A DNA stretch of 64,000 nt from Eledone cirrhosa. Taxonomy: Eukaryota. This document shows positions 52,451-64,000 of the stretch, piece after piece; the first letter of the stretch is position 1; every line of letters starts with the position of its first letter. The notes below the pieces were generated by a model, which did not search any database, had not been told where the DNA came from, and saw only the letters and a program-made list of their open reading frames with translations. The translations under genes and the position numbers were made by a program. The DNA lies in NCBI GenBank assembly GCA_964016885.1, contig OZ024741.1:318866001-318930000 (forward strand), in the 5' to 3' direction.

Positions 52451-52884
52451 ACTAATGATGTAGCCTCAGCGCATTTTTGTGTGTTGGTTTTATTTTGTTG
52501 TTCTTGTGATAGTGATGATGGTGTCAACATTTTAAAAAACACGAGGTGTGCTTCATACTTTTCTCGTGCAGAGATGTTGCTGCTGCTGTTGTTATTGATG
52601 TAGAAGTCATTTCTCGCCTCTTCATCGTTAGCTTCTTGAGTGGCGACAGCGTCAGCACCTGTGGTTTGTGACGACATAGAGGAGATACAGAGTTTAAGAG
52701 AGGAATGCATTTTTTACACCATATTTTTTTTTTAATTTATCAATTGTTTTTTAGTAATTTCTGTCCCTAAAGGCAAGGTCGACCGTCCCCGCCACCTATA
52801 AAGTATGGATTGCTTAAGTAACATAAACATTTAAAAAATTGAGTATTGCTGTTTAACAAAGGTCGACATAATTTTAACAAACTG

Positions 52885-53740
52885 TAAGACCGGAAGAAAA
52901 ACATCAGATAGGGGTTAATTTGCAGACGTGCCGGCGAAGGTGTAATTTTAAAAACAGAGTTTAATTATCTGAAGACGGAAGAAATAAATGAAGTATAAAA
53001 GAAAACGGGTTTTATTAATCCCACCTGGTAAAATCCATCGGACAATCGCAGCTTCAAAGGCGTCTTTATTTCCATGTTCGATGGGTACCAGGAAACACTT
53101 GTCTGTTCCACGTTCAATTCCCCCAAAAAACACTGTACCCCTTTGAATGTTTTTCATTGATCTAGGAAATGTGGTAACATCTATTTCAACGACTTTCGGT
53201 TCACCTGTCTGTAAATCGAAGCCGCCAATCTCAGGTGAATCGTCTAATTCAGTGGGGTGGTCTTCCAGGAACCGTTCAAGAAATTCTCGGATAAGTCTAA
53301 ATAGTTGACTTCGGACAAACATTTGTCTCGTGGGTGATTTCAGTATACAGAGAATCCCTGGACCACATAAGCCAAATGAATGTTGTTAGCGAGAGATGAC
53401 TGCTCTCCAAGAAAGAACCTTTGCAGATTGCCAGACGAAGTCATGCTTTCGACATCGCCATTGTTTACCATCGATACTTTTCTTGTAGCCGACAACTGTA
53501 CACGTGCTGTCACAAATGAGACATTTAAAAGCTTATATTTCGCTAACCATGTAATTGTTGTATCAGTTTGTGGAAGTTTGTTGAGAGAGCCCTGAAAATG
53601 TTCCAGACTCCTCCTTAATTGCATTGTTATCATTATTGTTCGGCTTTGCTGTTCTCCGCATGACATTGTTGACGAAAACTACAACACAAAGTTAATACTA
53701 TAAACACAGTGTTAGTTTCGTATAAATTGTTTTGCATTAT
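52885..53740 (-). pseudogene. Merlin/IS1595-like transposase pseudogene, inverted copy of 54225-55147
   Basis: ORF 52948-53322 shares LFRLIRE.LERFLEDHPTELDDSPEIGGFDLQTGEPKVVEIDVT and FGGIERGTDKCFLVPIEHGNK; multiple small indels. Confidence 0.88.
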
Positions 53741-53884
53741 GAAAGATAATTTTTTTGTAATTAATTAATTTATTTCACATAAGGTTAGATATTATGTAAC
53801 TTTATTTATCAAATATAATTAATATTAATTTCTCTCGCAGTAATACAACACTTAATTGTATATTATCCAAGGGAAAGACAAAAG

Positions 53885-54002
53885 CCGGTATAGCTCGGCT
53901 CCAGTGTCGTCTTATTTTTACCGGCTGAGTGAACTAGCGCAACGTGAAATAAAGTATTTTGTTCGAGGACACAACGCACAACTTGTCCAAAAATCGAACT
54001 CA
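53885..54002 (-). mobile_element. SINE fragment (second family) in the Merlin spacer
   Basis: GCTGAGTGAACTAGCGCAACGTGAAATAAAGTATTTTGTTCGAGGACACAAC resembles 36545-36600. Confidence 0.68.
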
Positions 54003-54316
54003 ATAGGTGTATGCATGTGGAGGAAGGGTGACAGTGATAAAACGGTTAACAAAATTTCCTTAGAATCTTTATTTATTAGAGGTAGTTGGCATGTGATGTG
54101 GTGTCGATCCCATTTATAGGCAATTTTTATAACCTTTCACATGGGAAAGATTAACTAATTATATTTTAAATTATTCATATGTAAATTTGTTTTTTCATCT
54201 TATTAGAACAATCTTGCATTTCTTAGAGTAAAACAATTTATACGAAACTAACAGTTTCTTCAGAGTATTAGTTTCGTATTGAGTCTGTGTTTTTAGTTAT
54301 TTTCACTTGCATAATA

Positions 54317-55007
54317 ATGTCACGCGGTAAACGTCTAAGTCGAAGAACAATATGTTCAGACATTGTTGATGACAACACAGTTAGGCAGGAGTCTTGGACA
54401 TTCCGCGACCTCTTTCTACAAACTTCCACAAATGATGTAGCAATTACATGGTTAGCGAAATATAAGCTTATAAGCAATTCTTTTAAATGTCTCATTTGTG
54501 ACAATCCGTGTACAGTCGTCGGCTACAAGAAAGGTATCGATGGTAAACGATGGCGATGTCGAAAACATAACTTCGTCCGATCAATCCGCAAAGGATCCTT
54601 CTTTGAAAGCAGTCATCTCTCGCTAACAACATTCATTTGGCTTATGTATATGTGGTCCAGGGACTATCTGCATACTGAAATCACCCACGAGACAAGTGTC
54701 TGTCCGAAGTCAACTATCGATCTATTTAGACTTATCCGAGAACTTCTTGAACGGTTCCTGGAAGACCACCCCACTGAATTAGATGATTCACCTGAGATTG
54801 GCGGCTTCGATTTACAGACAGGTGAACCGAAAGTCGTTGAAATAGATGTTACCGCGTTTCCTAGGTCTAAGACTAATGAAAAACATTCAAAGGGGTACAG
54901 TGTTTTTGGTGGTATTGAACGTGGAACAGACAAGTGTTTCCTGGTACCCATCGAACATGGAAATAAAGACGCCTTTGAAGCTGCGATTGTCCGATGGATT
55001 TTACCAG
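54317..55007 (+). CDS. Merlin/IS1595-family transposase, N-terminal ~230 aa, intact up to a probable splice donor
   Basis: Zn-ribbon-like CLIC..WRCRKH, SIRKGSFFE..HLSL, IGG..VVEID, VFGGIER and WILPG, then CAG|GTGGGA with low-complexity sequence after it. The second D and E of the DDE triad are not seen. Confidence 0.75.
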
Positions 55008-55196
55008 GTGGGATTAATAAAACCCGTTTTCTTTTATACTTCATTTATTTCTTCCGTCTTCAGATAATTAAACTGTCTGTTTTTAAAATTACACCTTCGC
55101 CGGTAGTCCTCCAAATTAACCCCTTTTTGATGTTTTTCTTCTTCCTTGTGTACAATGTATAGCATTGTGCCTCAGTTAGAAACTATTATATTTTCA

Positions 55197-55300
55197 AGCT
55201 AGTTGGTAGTGTATTGCATTCACAATCATAAAATCGTGGGGCGGTTCGTGGACTGAGCTGCGTGTTGTGTTATTGAGTAAGACGCTTCACTTCATGTTGT
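55197..55300 (+). mobile_element. Degenerate SINE head (second family)
   Basis: GCTAGTTGGTAG..; TGTTGTGTTATTGAGTAAGACGCTTCACTTCATGTTG. Confidence 0.55.
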
Positions 55301-55311
55301 TTTTTTATAAG

Positions 55312-55878
55312 TGCCCCTATCATTAACATACTTAAGAAACCTTCTTTGAGATGCAGCCTCGAAGGAAGCCAGCTAAACCTGATTATGTGAGAACTGTAAC
55401 AAAAGCACTGGAGCCCCAATCATTAAGACACCTCCTATGAGGTATCTCATAGGTGACCAGTTAAACTTACATAGGTGTTAGCTGTAGCAGCATGATAGGA
55501 CTGGGAGCCCTATCATTAAAACACCTAAGAAACCTGTGCAACGCAACTTCAAAGGAGGCCAGCTAAACCTGCATATGTGAGAACAGTAGCAACAACAGCA
55601 CTGGGGCTCCAATCATTAAAACACCCAAGAAACCTATGAGATACAACCTCATAGGAGGCCAACTAAACCTACATAAGTGTGAACTGTAATATGGTAGTAC
55701 TGAGGCTTCAAAACACCTAAGAAACTGCCTGTGAGATGCAGCCTCGTAGGAGGCCATATAAACATACATAGATATAAATTGTAATAATACTGGGGCCCCT
55801 ATCATTAACACGCCAAAGAAATCTATGAGATGCAGCTTTGTAGGAGGCCAGATAAATCTACATAGGAATAAGCTGTAA
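55312..55878. repeat. ~97-bp degenerate tandem repeat, ~6 copies
   Basis: Recurring GGCCCCTATCATTAAAACACCTAAGAAACCT..GAGATGCAGCCTC..AGGAGGCCAGCTAAACCTACAT; ATCATTA near 55319, 55419, 55512, 55612 and 55801. Confidence 0.88.
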
Positions 55879-56189
55879 ATTTCATTTTTTTTTATTTTCT
55901 GAATTTTCCGATTTTTACCAACCCTTAAACTATGTCTGGTTGTTTAAACAATAACAAATACACGCGATGAACGTTTACTTTAAATTTTACATTAAAAAAT
56001 GCATATATTTAATTAGGATTGATAGCCGTTCCACAGCGAATGTAGATAACTAAATCTAGTAGATAATTCAGTAAACAAGAGACACTTCCAACATAGCAGT
56101 CTTGAAGTATAACGTACCATTTTCATATTTTCAAATGTAGTTTCCGCTGATAGTTCCAACACAGGGAGAGTATGTTGGATCTCGTCGGT

Positions 56190-56425
56190 TTCTGCAATGA
56201 GTGTTCCAGTTGATTGACCGCCTGTTCGCGGAATTAGCTGAGCATACCTTAGAAACGTGTACTCTTTATGTAATTATCAGGGAGATTCAGCGTGGCAGTA
56301 TGTTACAAGGCTGGGCCTTTGAATTACGGGTACAACTTTTTTCCAGCTGAATGAGCTGGAGCAACATTAAATAAAGTGTCTTGCTCAAGTACTCAGGCGC
56401 CACTGAGAGGTGAACTGACAAACCC
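56190..56425 (-). mobile_element. Old SINE (second-family head with a different body)
   Basis: CAGCTGAATGAGCTGGAGCAACATTAAATAAAGTGTCTTGCTCAAG; body similar to 46550-46660. Confidence 0.65.
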
Positions 56426-57583
56426 ATAAGCCAAGTGAATGTAGACAATTAGATATCAACGTGATCATAAAGCGTGGCCCAAGCTTCCCTTCCCAGCTTA
56501 AGTCAGTGGGTCAAGACCGAGGGGACGGCATCACAATCTTCTGGGATGCTATATACTGTCGTTGGGAATTATAAAAAGGGATAAGGTTTAACCAAATACA
56601 AATTATAAGAACACCCACAATATAAAATGTTGGGCATTGGTAAGCATATAGCGAAGAACGTACATGAAGCAGGCTTAACGGGCAAAGTTGTAAAAGTTTA
56701 TGTTTTTAGGTGTAACGGATAGTGGTATTCTTTGTATGGTAGTTTGATGAAAAGAATAATGCCAGGATTTAGTTGTTAACAATGTTTATTTTATAACAAC
56801 AATATTCGACTTGAACACTGAGTAATAAAATTTATGACATGAAAATATCCGTACAGTAAATTGGTAGCTGCTACGAGCTACGTAAATGCATGTATCAGAG
56901 AAGACGATATAGTATATGTTGTGTTGTGTCTTGAAGATACAATATGGCAGGAAGAATAGGATGAGAGTATAATATAACAATATGAACTTACTATGCATGT
57001 GTGTGTGCCTATTCTTAGTTTATCTTATTCTCATAGTAGTAATGGTCAATCTGTCAGGCAGGCATGGCTGGCTGTCTGGCTGAGAAGGTAAGCCAGTAAG
57101 GGTCAGGAGAAAGATAGGGTGAAAGGTCTACTGATGCTACATAGTTATCTTGACTGCTGCTTCGATTCTCCTTTGGTTCCCTAAGTCCTTGTATTTATAA
57201 TAAGTGGTAAAGTAAGAAGGATGGATATATGAGGTTGATCTATGGTCTGACCTGTGGTTAGCATCTCCCAAGGGGTTGAGGTCACAGGTAAAATGGAATG
57301 TACATTTATCATCGTTGACAGGACAAAGGCGAGAACTCCCAACGATAGATTATCCCAGAGGCGGGAAAGCTCAGATTCTGTTTCGAATCTTCGCCAGTAA
57401 AATATAGGAGTATTCCGTTATATAGGTTTAGGTGAAAGGCAGTACATCATTTTTATTAATGATACTATTATTATTTCTCGTAATAGTTAGAAGGATATTC
57501 ATTGGTGGTTAAATAATATGCATAGAGAAAAAGTGAAGGGAAATTAGTTCAGAGGCTGCTGTAATAATTAGTTTTTTTGCGTG

Positions 57584-57880
57584 CGGTGGATTGGCAAATC
57601 CCGCCGTGGTTAACTCTGCCTTTCATCCTTACGAGGTCGATAAAATAAAGTACCAGTAATACACTGAGATAATTGCTGGCCTTGTGCCAAAAGTAGAAAC
57701 AATTATTAGGGCGGTGGATTAGCAGTATAAGTAGAGCGTCAGCATAGAGTTAATGCCCTTTACATTCTGGGTTCAAAATTAGCTTTGCCTTTCATCCTTA
57801 CGGTGTTGATAAATAAAGTACCAGTAATGCACTGGAGTCAATTTAATCGACTTTCCCCTCCTCCAAAATTACTGGTCTTC
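57584..57880 (+). mobile_element. Two tandem main-family SINEs (57584-57708 with head deletion; 57709-57880)
   Basis: Both carry the core TGCCTTTCATCCTTACG..GATAAA(A)TAAAGTACCAGTAAT; the first lacks the A-to-B-box spacer. Confidence 0.87.
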
Positions 57881-58207
57881 GACTTTGAATATAAATAGAG
57901 ATCTGAAGTAGCTGATATATACTTTTGGCAATATTAAGCATTCGAAATTTCGATTTCTCACAAAATCAAACTGGGAAGCAGTGTCGTTGAATTTGGTCCA
58001 TTTTGAATTCCTAATGTAATGAGGACTTTTGGTGTGCATTGAGCTTCTCTCACCTTACCAAAAGTAATAATCACCTTACCAGTATAATCATATATATATA
58101 CCTCCCTTGTTGTAACACCCCATCCACATCCTAACACTCCACCCCTAACCTATGTCCCTAAATCTACTTCCACAATCCCCATGCACCTCTGCCACCCAAA
58201 TCCTAAA

Positions 58208-58355
58208 TCCACACTGTAAAGTGGTTGTGTAGGTATCAAAAAAATTGTTCATTCACAACAAAAAGCACCCAGCCCACACTGTAAAGTGGTCATGTTAGGG
58301 AAACCACAAAGTGTGCTCATCTCACACAGTAAAGTGGTTGTGTAGGTGTCACAAA
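58208..58355 (+). repeat. Isolated cluster of RTE 3'UTR repeat units
   Basis: Three copies of CACACTGTAAAGTGGT(T/C)RTGT and AAAAGCACCCAGCCCACAC. Confidence 0.75.
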
Positions 58356-58789
58356 ATCTTTTGATTCTGCCTTGTTTTCGTTTGATGTCTTCTCGTGGAG
58401 TATATATGTACCTGCAAAAGGCAAACAGAAATAACAAAGCAAATAACACAGTATAATGAAGAAATATATTAGTTTTACACTTGATATAGTAGGAAAAGAG
58501 TCTTAACGTTTTGGATGCTGGTCCTTCATCTGAAAATAGAATGAGAAATTAAAGAAGAAATAGAAAGATAGAGGAGAGTGAGCAGTGGCAGAAACGAAAA
58601 AAACTGGTCTATTCAGGTTGCCATCTCTTAAAAGACTGTTGAATCCAGTGTTGGTATATAAAAAGTTCAGTAAATCATGTTTTAAAAGGCAGTGGTCAAA
58701 GGCATATGTGCTAAAACATACATATACACACACATATATACGTATGAACATGCTGGACAGTATCAAGATAGATTTTCTGGTGTTCACGG

Positions 58790-61168
58790 CAACTATGGTT
58801 ATGGCTCAAGAAATGAAGAGGGAGTGAGGCTCCTGAAATTCTTTGATACTAATTAATTAACCATTTACAACACAAGTTTCAGGAAACTGGCCAACCACTT
58901 GATCATACCAATCAGGTGAACACAAGCCAAACTGATGATTCCTTACTTGTAAGACAATGAGATAGACAGATAGTAATAAATGCTATGGCCTTTCCTGGGG
59001 AAGAATATGTTTCCCAGCACAAGTTATTAGTGATGTCAGGGTAAACACAAGACAGAACAAGATACACAGGAAAATATGGAGACGGAAGTTTTGGGTGCTA
59101 ATAGACTTTTCTGTTAAATGTAGGTTTAGGAAGGCTCTACAGGATGCATTTGATGAGAGGGGAGATGAGTTACATATGACATAGAGGACAATTGGAAACT
59201 CTTATGGACAGCCTATTGCAAGCTACTGATGAGACTTTGGATGGAGCAAAGCACCAGCCAGAGAGAAAGTGACCTGGTGGTGGAACAGCACTGGATAAAA
59301 CCAAGAGAAAGACTGGAAAAATGGGAGTAGCAGAGACTAGTACCAGTTAGCTAAGAGAGAAGCTAGAAGATAAGTATACATAACTCAGAAAGGGACTGAA
59401 GCAAAAAGTTTGCCAATGTCATGCACCGTGATCAGAGATGTGAAATGTTCTGCATCACAAGGCAGTGTATTAGTGTGAATTGGGTTGTTGTTGGGGAAAC
59501 GTGTGTTAGAAATGACAATGGTGCACTTAGCACCACTGATGCTCAAAAGAAAGATGCCTGGAAATGTCACTATGAGAGAGTGCTGAATGGGAGGAAAAGA
59601 AACTACTCCCAACTTACCCAACAGAATTTGACAATTATAGAGTCAAAGAAACAAGGAGATGAAGAATGGTAAAGCTGTGGGACCATCAGAGATAGTTGCC
59701 CAGATGCTAAAAACCTTTGGGAGAAGAAAGAGCCAAACTAGTAACGCCCATAGTCAATGAGGTAATACAGGACAAAGTTATACCTAATGACTGTCGCAGC
59801 AGTACAATAATAAATTGCTACAAAGATAAAGAAATGCTCTAGGGAGGAATAAAACTGATGAACCAAGTTATGAAAGAGATAGAAAGAGTTCTAGCACAGC
59901 TAATTAGGGAAATAGTCAAATTAGACGAGATGCAGTTCAGTGTTATGCCTGGGAAAATACTACAAGATAAGTTCCTAGCTAAGAATAAGCCACTATGTCT
60001 AGAAAAGACTTAACAGAGTACCTCAATCTGTTATCTGGTGGTCCTTAAGAAAATTAGCTGTAGAAGAATGGCTTGTGAGAGTAGTACAAGCCATGTACAG
60101 AGGAGCTATCAGTAAAGTGAGTTTAGTAAGGAATTCAAGGTGCAGGTAGGAGTTCATTAGGGTTCACTTCTCAGCCAACTGCTGTTCATCATAGTTCTCC
60201 AAGCCATAACAGAGGAGTTTAAGACTGGCTGTCCATGGGAACTTCTCTATGCAGATAATCTGGTCCTTATAGCTGAATCCATAAAAGAACTAGAGAATAA
60301 GTTCCAAATATTGGAATCAAAAGGGCTGAGAAAATTTAGCAAAAATTAAATGCAGGAAAGAAGATAGGACCCTGATTCCTTCTGGGAACTGGTCCTGCTC
60401 AATATGTAGAAAATGAGTAGGCATAAAGTCTAAACGATGTACACAATGTGAATCTTGGGTACACAAGAGATGTAGTGGGATAACAGGAAGGGAAAACTTT
60501 GTATGTAAAATATACACAGGAGTAATTGAGTGGAAGAATTTCAGTGATATAAACCCTTTCCAATCACATGAAGGGTCCATAGAAGTGGTTGATAACTTCT
60601 GATATCTAGGTGGCTTATTCAGCAGCAGAGGAGGTGCTCTGAGAGTATTATTATACTAGAATAAGAATAGGATGGAAAAAGTTTAGAGAGCTACTCTCTC
60701 TCTCTCTTGACAAAAGGATTCTCCCTACATATAAAAGGGGGACTGTCTGTGAAGTGCAATGCTGCATGGACAGTCACTGCAGAGTACATGCATAGACTGG
60801 AAATAAATGAAGTTACCATGCTTCGTTGGATGTGCAATGTAAATGTGAGAGTATGGCCGAGACTGGAGAAACTGAACTTAAGAGGAATCCAAAGTGGTAT
60901 GAAAAAAAGAAGACTGCATTGGCACAAACATGTGATGCGCATGGATGATAATTGCTTAGTGAAGAAGTGCCAGAAAATCCCAGTGGTAAGAAGCTACAGA
61001 AGAGGTTGACAAAGGAAGACCTGGGTATATGTGGTGATAACTGATCTCAAAATGCTGAGACTCAGAGATGATGAAGGAACACAATGAGTGAAGAGATTCT
61101 GTGCTGAAAAAACCCGTCCAGCCCATGTGAGCATAGAAAAACGGACATAAAAATAATGATGATGGTGA
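58790..61168 (+). mobile_element. Old, long RTE LINE (subfamily C) including the endonuclease C-terminal part
   Basis: YGSRNEEGVRLLKF..YNTSFRK, SQHKLL, VTWWWN, WKCHYERVLN, GCPWELLYADN, PHD remnant, RLHW..HVMRM; many stops; GAT tail. Confidence 0.88.
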
Positions 61169-61739
61169 TATATATATATATGTGTGTGTATAAATATATA
61201 TACACACACACATACATAGCCATCATGCTGTACCAATCTGTGCTATCACTCAAGTTCACAAACTCCCATTGCTGTCATTAAGTAACAAGATCCCCAAAAC
61301 TGACAAACCAGCCACTACTCTAGCCCCAACATTTTTCCTTAATGCACAAAATATCAGCCCGTCCATCAATGCACAAAAATGGAAGATCCAATTCATTGAG
61401 GATTGGGTTGATAACCATCCATACCACATCCCTTTCTTCATCCTAACTGAAAAACATCTCAACTACTCCCACATGGAAGCTGAAGTGAGAGTGAGGAATT
61501 TTACAACCATCCATGCACATTGTGTCAGCAGAAGAAAGGATGGAACTGCCATTTTTTATGGTAGCCACACATGACATGTTCTCCAGTGGCTACTGTGAAT
61601 CAATTTCTGTGCACAATAAAGCCAATGACTTAACAGTAGAACAGCTTTTTAGGGCACTCCAAATTCCTCCACTATGTTTCAAGGAATGCCTCAACAATAT
61701 AAAGTCTTTTATCCAGCAGTGCCATCCTGGTAACATAAT

Positions 61740-61912
61740 AATTGTTTCTACTTTTGGCACAAGGCCAGCAATTAACCAGTACATTACTGGTACTTTATTT
61801 TATCAACCCCGTAAGGATGAAAGGCAAAGTTAACCTCAACGGGATTTGAACTCAGACTGTAAAGAGACGTAACTATGCTAGCCAACCCTCTACCAATACT
61901 GCCAATTCATCG
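61740..61912 (-). mobile_element. tRNA-derived SINE (main family)
   Basis: Reverse complement of the family consensus, between TSD copies 61726-61742 and 61913-61929. Confidence 0.9.
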
Positions 61913-61926
61913 CCTGGTAACATAAT

Positions 61927-62119
61927 AATTGTTTCTATTTTTTGGCACAAGGCCAGCAATTATCACAGTGTATTACTGGTACTTTATTTTATCGACCCTG
62001 TAAGGCAAAGTTAATCTTGGCAGGATTTGAACTCAGTCCGTAAAGGGACGTAACTGTGCTGCAAAGCATGGTGTCCAACCCTTTACCGATACTGCCAATC
62101 CACCGCTGATCCACCACCA
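61927..62119 (-). mobile_element. tRNA-derived SINE (main family)
   Basis: Reverse complement of the family consensus, between TSD copies 61913-61929 and 62120-62136. Confidence 0.9.
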
Positions 62120-62981
62120 CCTGGTAACATAATAATGATGGATAATTTCAACCTCCCCTGTGTTGATTGGTCTACGAAGAGCTTGAAAACTGATATTTCT
62201 ATCTCAATCACTGACAAAACAGCAGTAGAGTCACTCTTCGACTTCATGGATGAGTTTTTCTTGTCCCAACTTGTGCTCACACCAACAAGATGTCACAGAA
62301 ACATTTTGGACCTAGTGTTTAGTAACTACACAAACACCATTCGCAATTCTGCAGTGGAAAAAAACCCTCCTCTCAGACCATGACATAGTTGTCTGTAATC
62401 TGAGATTCCACCATCCAAAAGTTTAACACAATGACCTCTCCCAGCCTGCCCATTTGAATCACGTGGTTGATGTAACTCCTCATACATCAAAAGTACGGCC
62501 TGGGTGTTGCATATACTGATCAAGGAGCACGTGATGATAAGAGCTTCTGTTAAAAAGCAGCTTGATGGATGCTGCAGCCAAAACATTGAAGTCCCATATA
62601 GAAAATGGAAAGGAATGTGGGCAATCTAAGATTCAAAGGCGTCAATTATCATCAACCAGAAAAATCTATAGATAAATAATAGATTGGAAATGCATGAAGC
62701 AGACTGGCTACTATAATGACTTCCTACATTTCCGACACATAGACCAGTTAAGAAAGAACACATCGATTGTTTGTTTTTGTTTTGAACTATTTTTATTTCA
62801 AATTTGAAAAGAGGATGGTGTCAGCTTTGAAATATCATGTTGAAATATATTGGATAAAACATTGCTTTGCTTTATTTGTCATCCTTTGCCCTTTATATAT
62901 TTCTACTGCATTGTACTGGCTTTTTGAAATTTATTGGTCTTTTATTACATATCTCTCAATGCTTTATATTAACTATAGCAA

Positions 62982-64000
62982 TCATCATCATCATCATCAT
63001 CGTTTAACGTCCATATTCCACGCTTGCATGGGTTTGGACGGGAGTTTTCCCACTTGAGGCAAGAGTGGTTGTCTTGCTCGCATAGGACTGTCTGGCAGGT
63101 TTTCTACAGCTGGATGCCCTTCCTAACACCAACCACATTTACAGTGTGGGACTGGGAGGTTTTTACCGTGTTACCTACACGGCCACATTACAGCGTGGAC
63201 TGTGTGTTTTTTTTTTGTCGTGACACCTACACGACCTCATTTGTTTCGGCCTGGATGTTGTGGCACCAACATAACTTTACATTGAAAGGGCCGGTGTGGA
63301 TGGGGTGGGGTTGGTGGGACGGGGGTGTATTTTGTTAGAGGTGCCTACTGACTGTAGTAGGTTTTACTTTGTATTTAGGTAAGGCGGGTCTTCTCTATTA
63401 CTGAGTACCGCCAAAGATCTCGGTCCAGTGACATTGTCTTGGAGAGGTGTAAGTGTGTGAGGTCGGAATTTATCAAGTCGTCCCAGGTTTTTCTGGGTCT
63501 GCCTACTCCGTGGCTACCGTCTATCTTTATTGCCCTGCACTTTTTTATACAGCTGTCGTCTTTCATGCGCATCACGTGACCATACCAACGTAGCCTTCTC
63601 TCGAGTAAACAACATCTGATTCCTCTTATTTCTAATTTTTCCCTTAGTTCGTTAATGCTTTGCCATTCACGTATATTACTATTACACATCCAGCGGAGCA
63701 TGCAAGCTTCGTTCCTCTCTAGTCTGCGTATATCCTCTGCACACAATGCCCAGGTCTCACTGCCATGCAACATTGCTGTTCGTATGCAGGCATCATACAA
63801 CCTGCCTTTCATTTTTAGGGAGAACCCTTTAGCGGCTAATAGTGGTATAAGCTCTCTGAACTTTTTCCATCCAGTTCTGACTCTAGCTACTGTACTTTCA
63901 GAGCACCCTCCCCCACTGCTGATTTTGTCACCCAGGTAACGGAAGCTGTCCACTATTTCTATAGAACCTTCTGCGCAATTGAAAGAGCTAGTATTCTGTG
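62982..64000 (-). mobile_element. Young RTE LINE (subfamily A), running off the window edge
   Basis: ORF 63375-63953 is nearly identical to the C-terminus of the 41000-42328 ORF; 3'UTR and (GAT)n tail at 62982-63000. Confidence 0.96.

Larger units (their letters stand above)
61290..62420 (+). pseudogene. CR1/L2-group LINE AP-endonuclease remnant, interrupted by two SINEs
   Basis: FLNAQ, ILTEKHL, RRKDGTAIF, then MDNFNLPCVDW, LSQLVLTPTR..NILDLVFSN and (frameshifted) LSDHDIV, the typical APE motif order. Confidence 0.78.

Noticed and set aside
24833-55878. CRISPR-like appearance of the 69-bp and 97-bp repeats
   Set aside because: No unique spacers, no cas genes, and eukaryotic context.
57365-57400. 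Minus-strand CTGGCGAAGATTCGAAACAG ribozyme-like string
   Set aside because: The core deviates from CUGANGA and there is no valid stem III with a UH site.
25761-57880. tRNA genes at A/B-box motifs
   Set aside because: All continue into SINE bodies, several have TSDs, and none shows an evident full cloverleaf.
58120-58210. CCCTAA-like motifs suggesting interstitial telomere repeats
   Set aside because: Only scattered, non-tandem matches in C-rich low-complexity DNA.

Overview
Eukaryotic, repeat-dominated window with no confidently identifiable host gene. The repeat repertoire resembles cephalopod (Octopus-like) genomes; this is an inference and was not checked against a database. Bases ~655-24500 are one ~23.8 kb satellite of the 12-mer ATCACCACTAAC with higher-order duplications and only three frame-breaking 1-bp indels; it produces the multi-thousand-aa ORFs in the track. 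The remaining ~40 kb holds at least 8 RTE-clade LINE copies whose RT carries an inserted C4HC3 PHD-type finger, many tRNA-derived SINEs (several with clear TSDs), an L1/Tx1-like LINE remnant and a CR1-group endonuclease remnant. It also holds a Chapaev3-like DNA transposon with TIRs and a TAA TSD, a piggyBac-like MITE, a head-to-head inverted pair of Merlin/IS1595-like transposase genes, several minisatellites, a ~280 bp hairpin and Penelope-type hammerhead-like motifs. The best leads are the PHD-in-RT RTE family with apparent (TA)n targeting, a shared 3' end between the Tx1-like LINE and the main SINE, the possible giant N-I-T mucin-like exon, the Merlin inverted pair and hammerhead-like cores. 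All coordinates were read by eye and may be off by a few bases.
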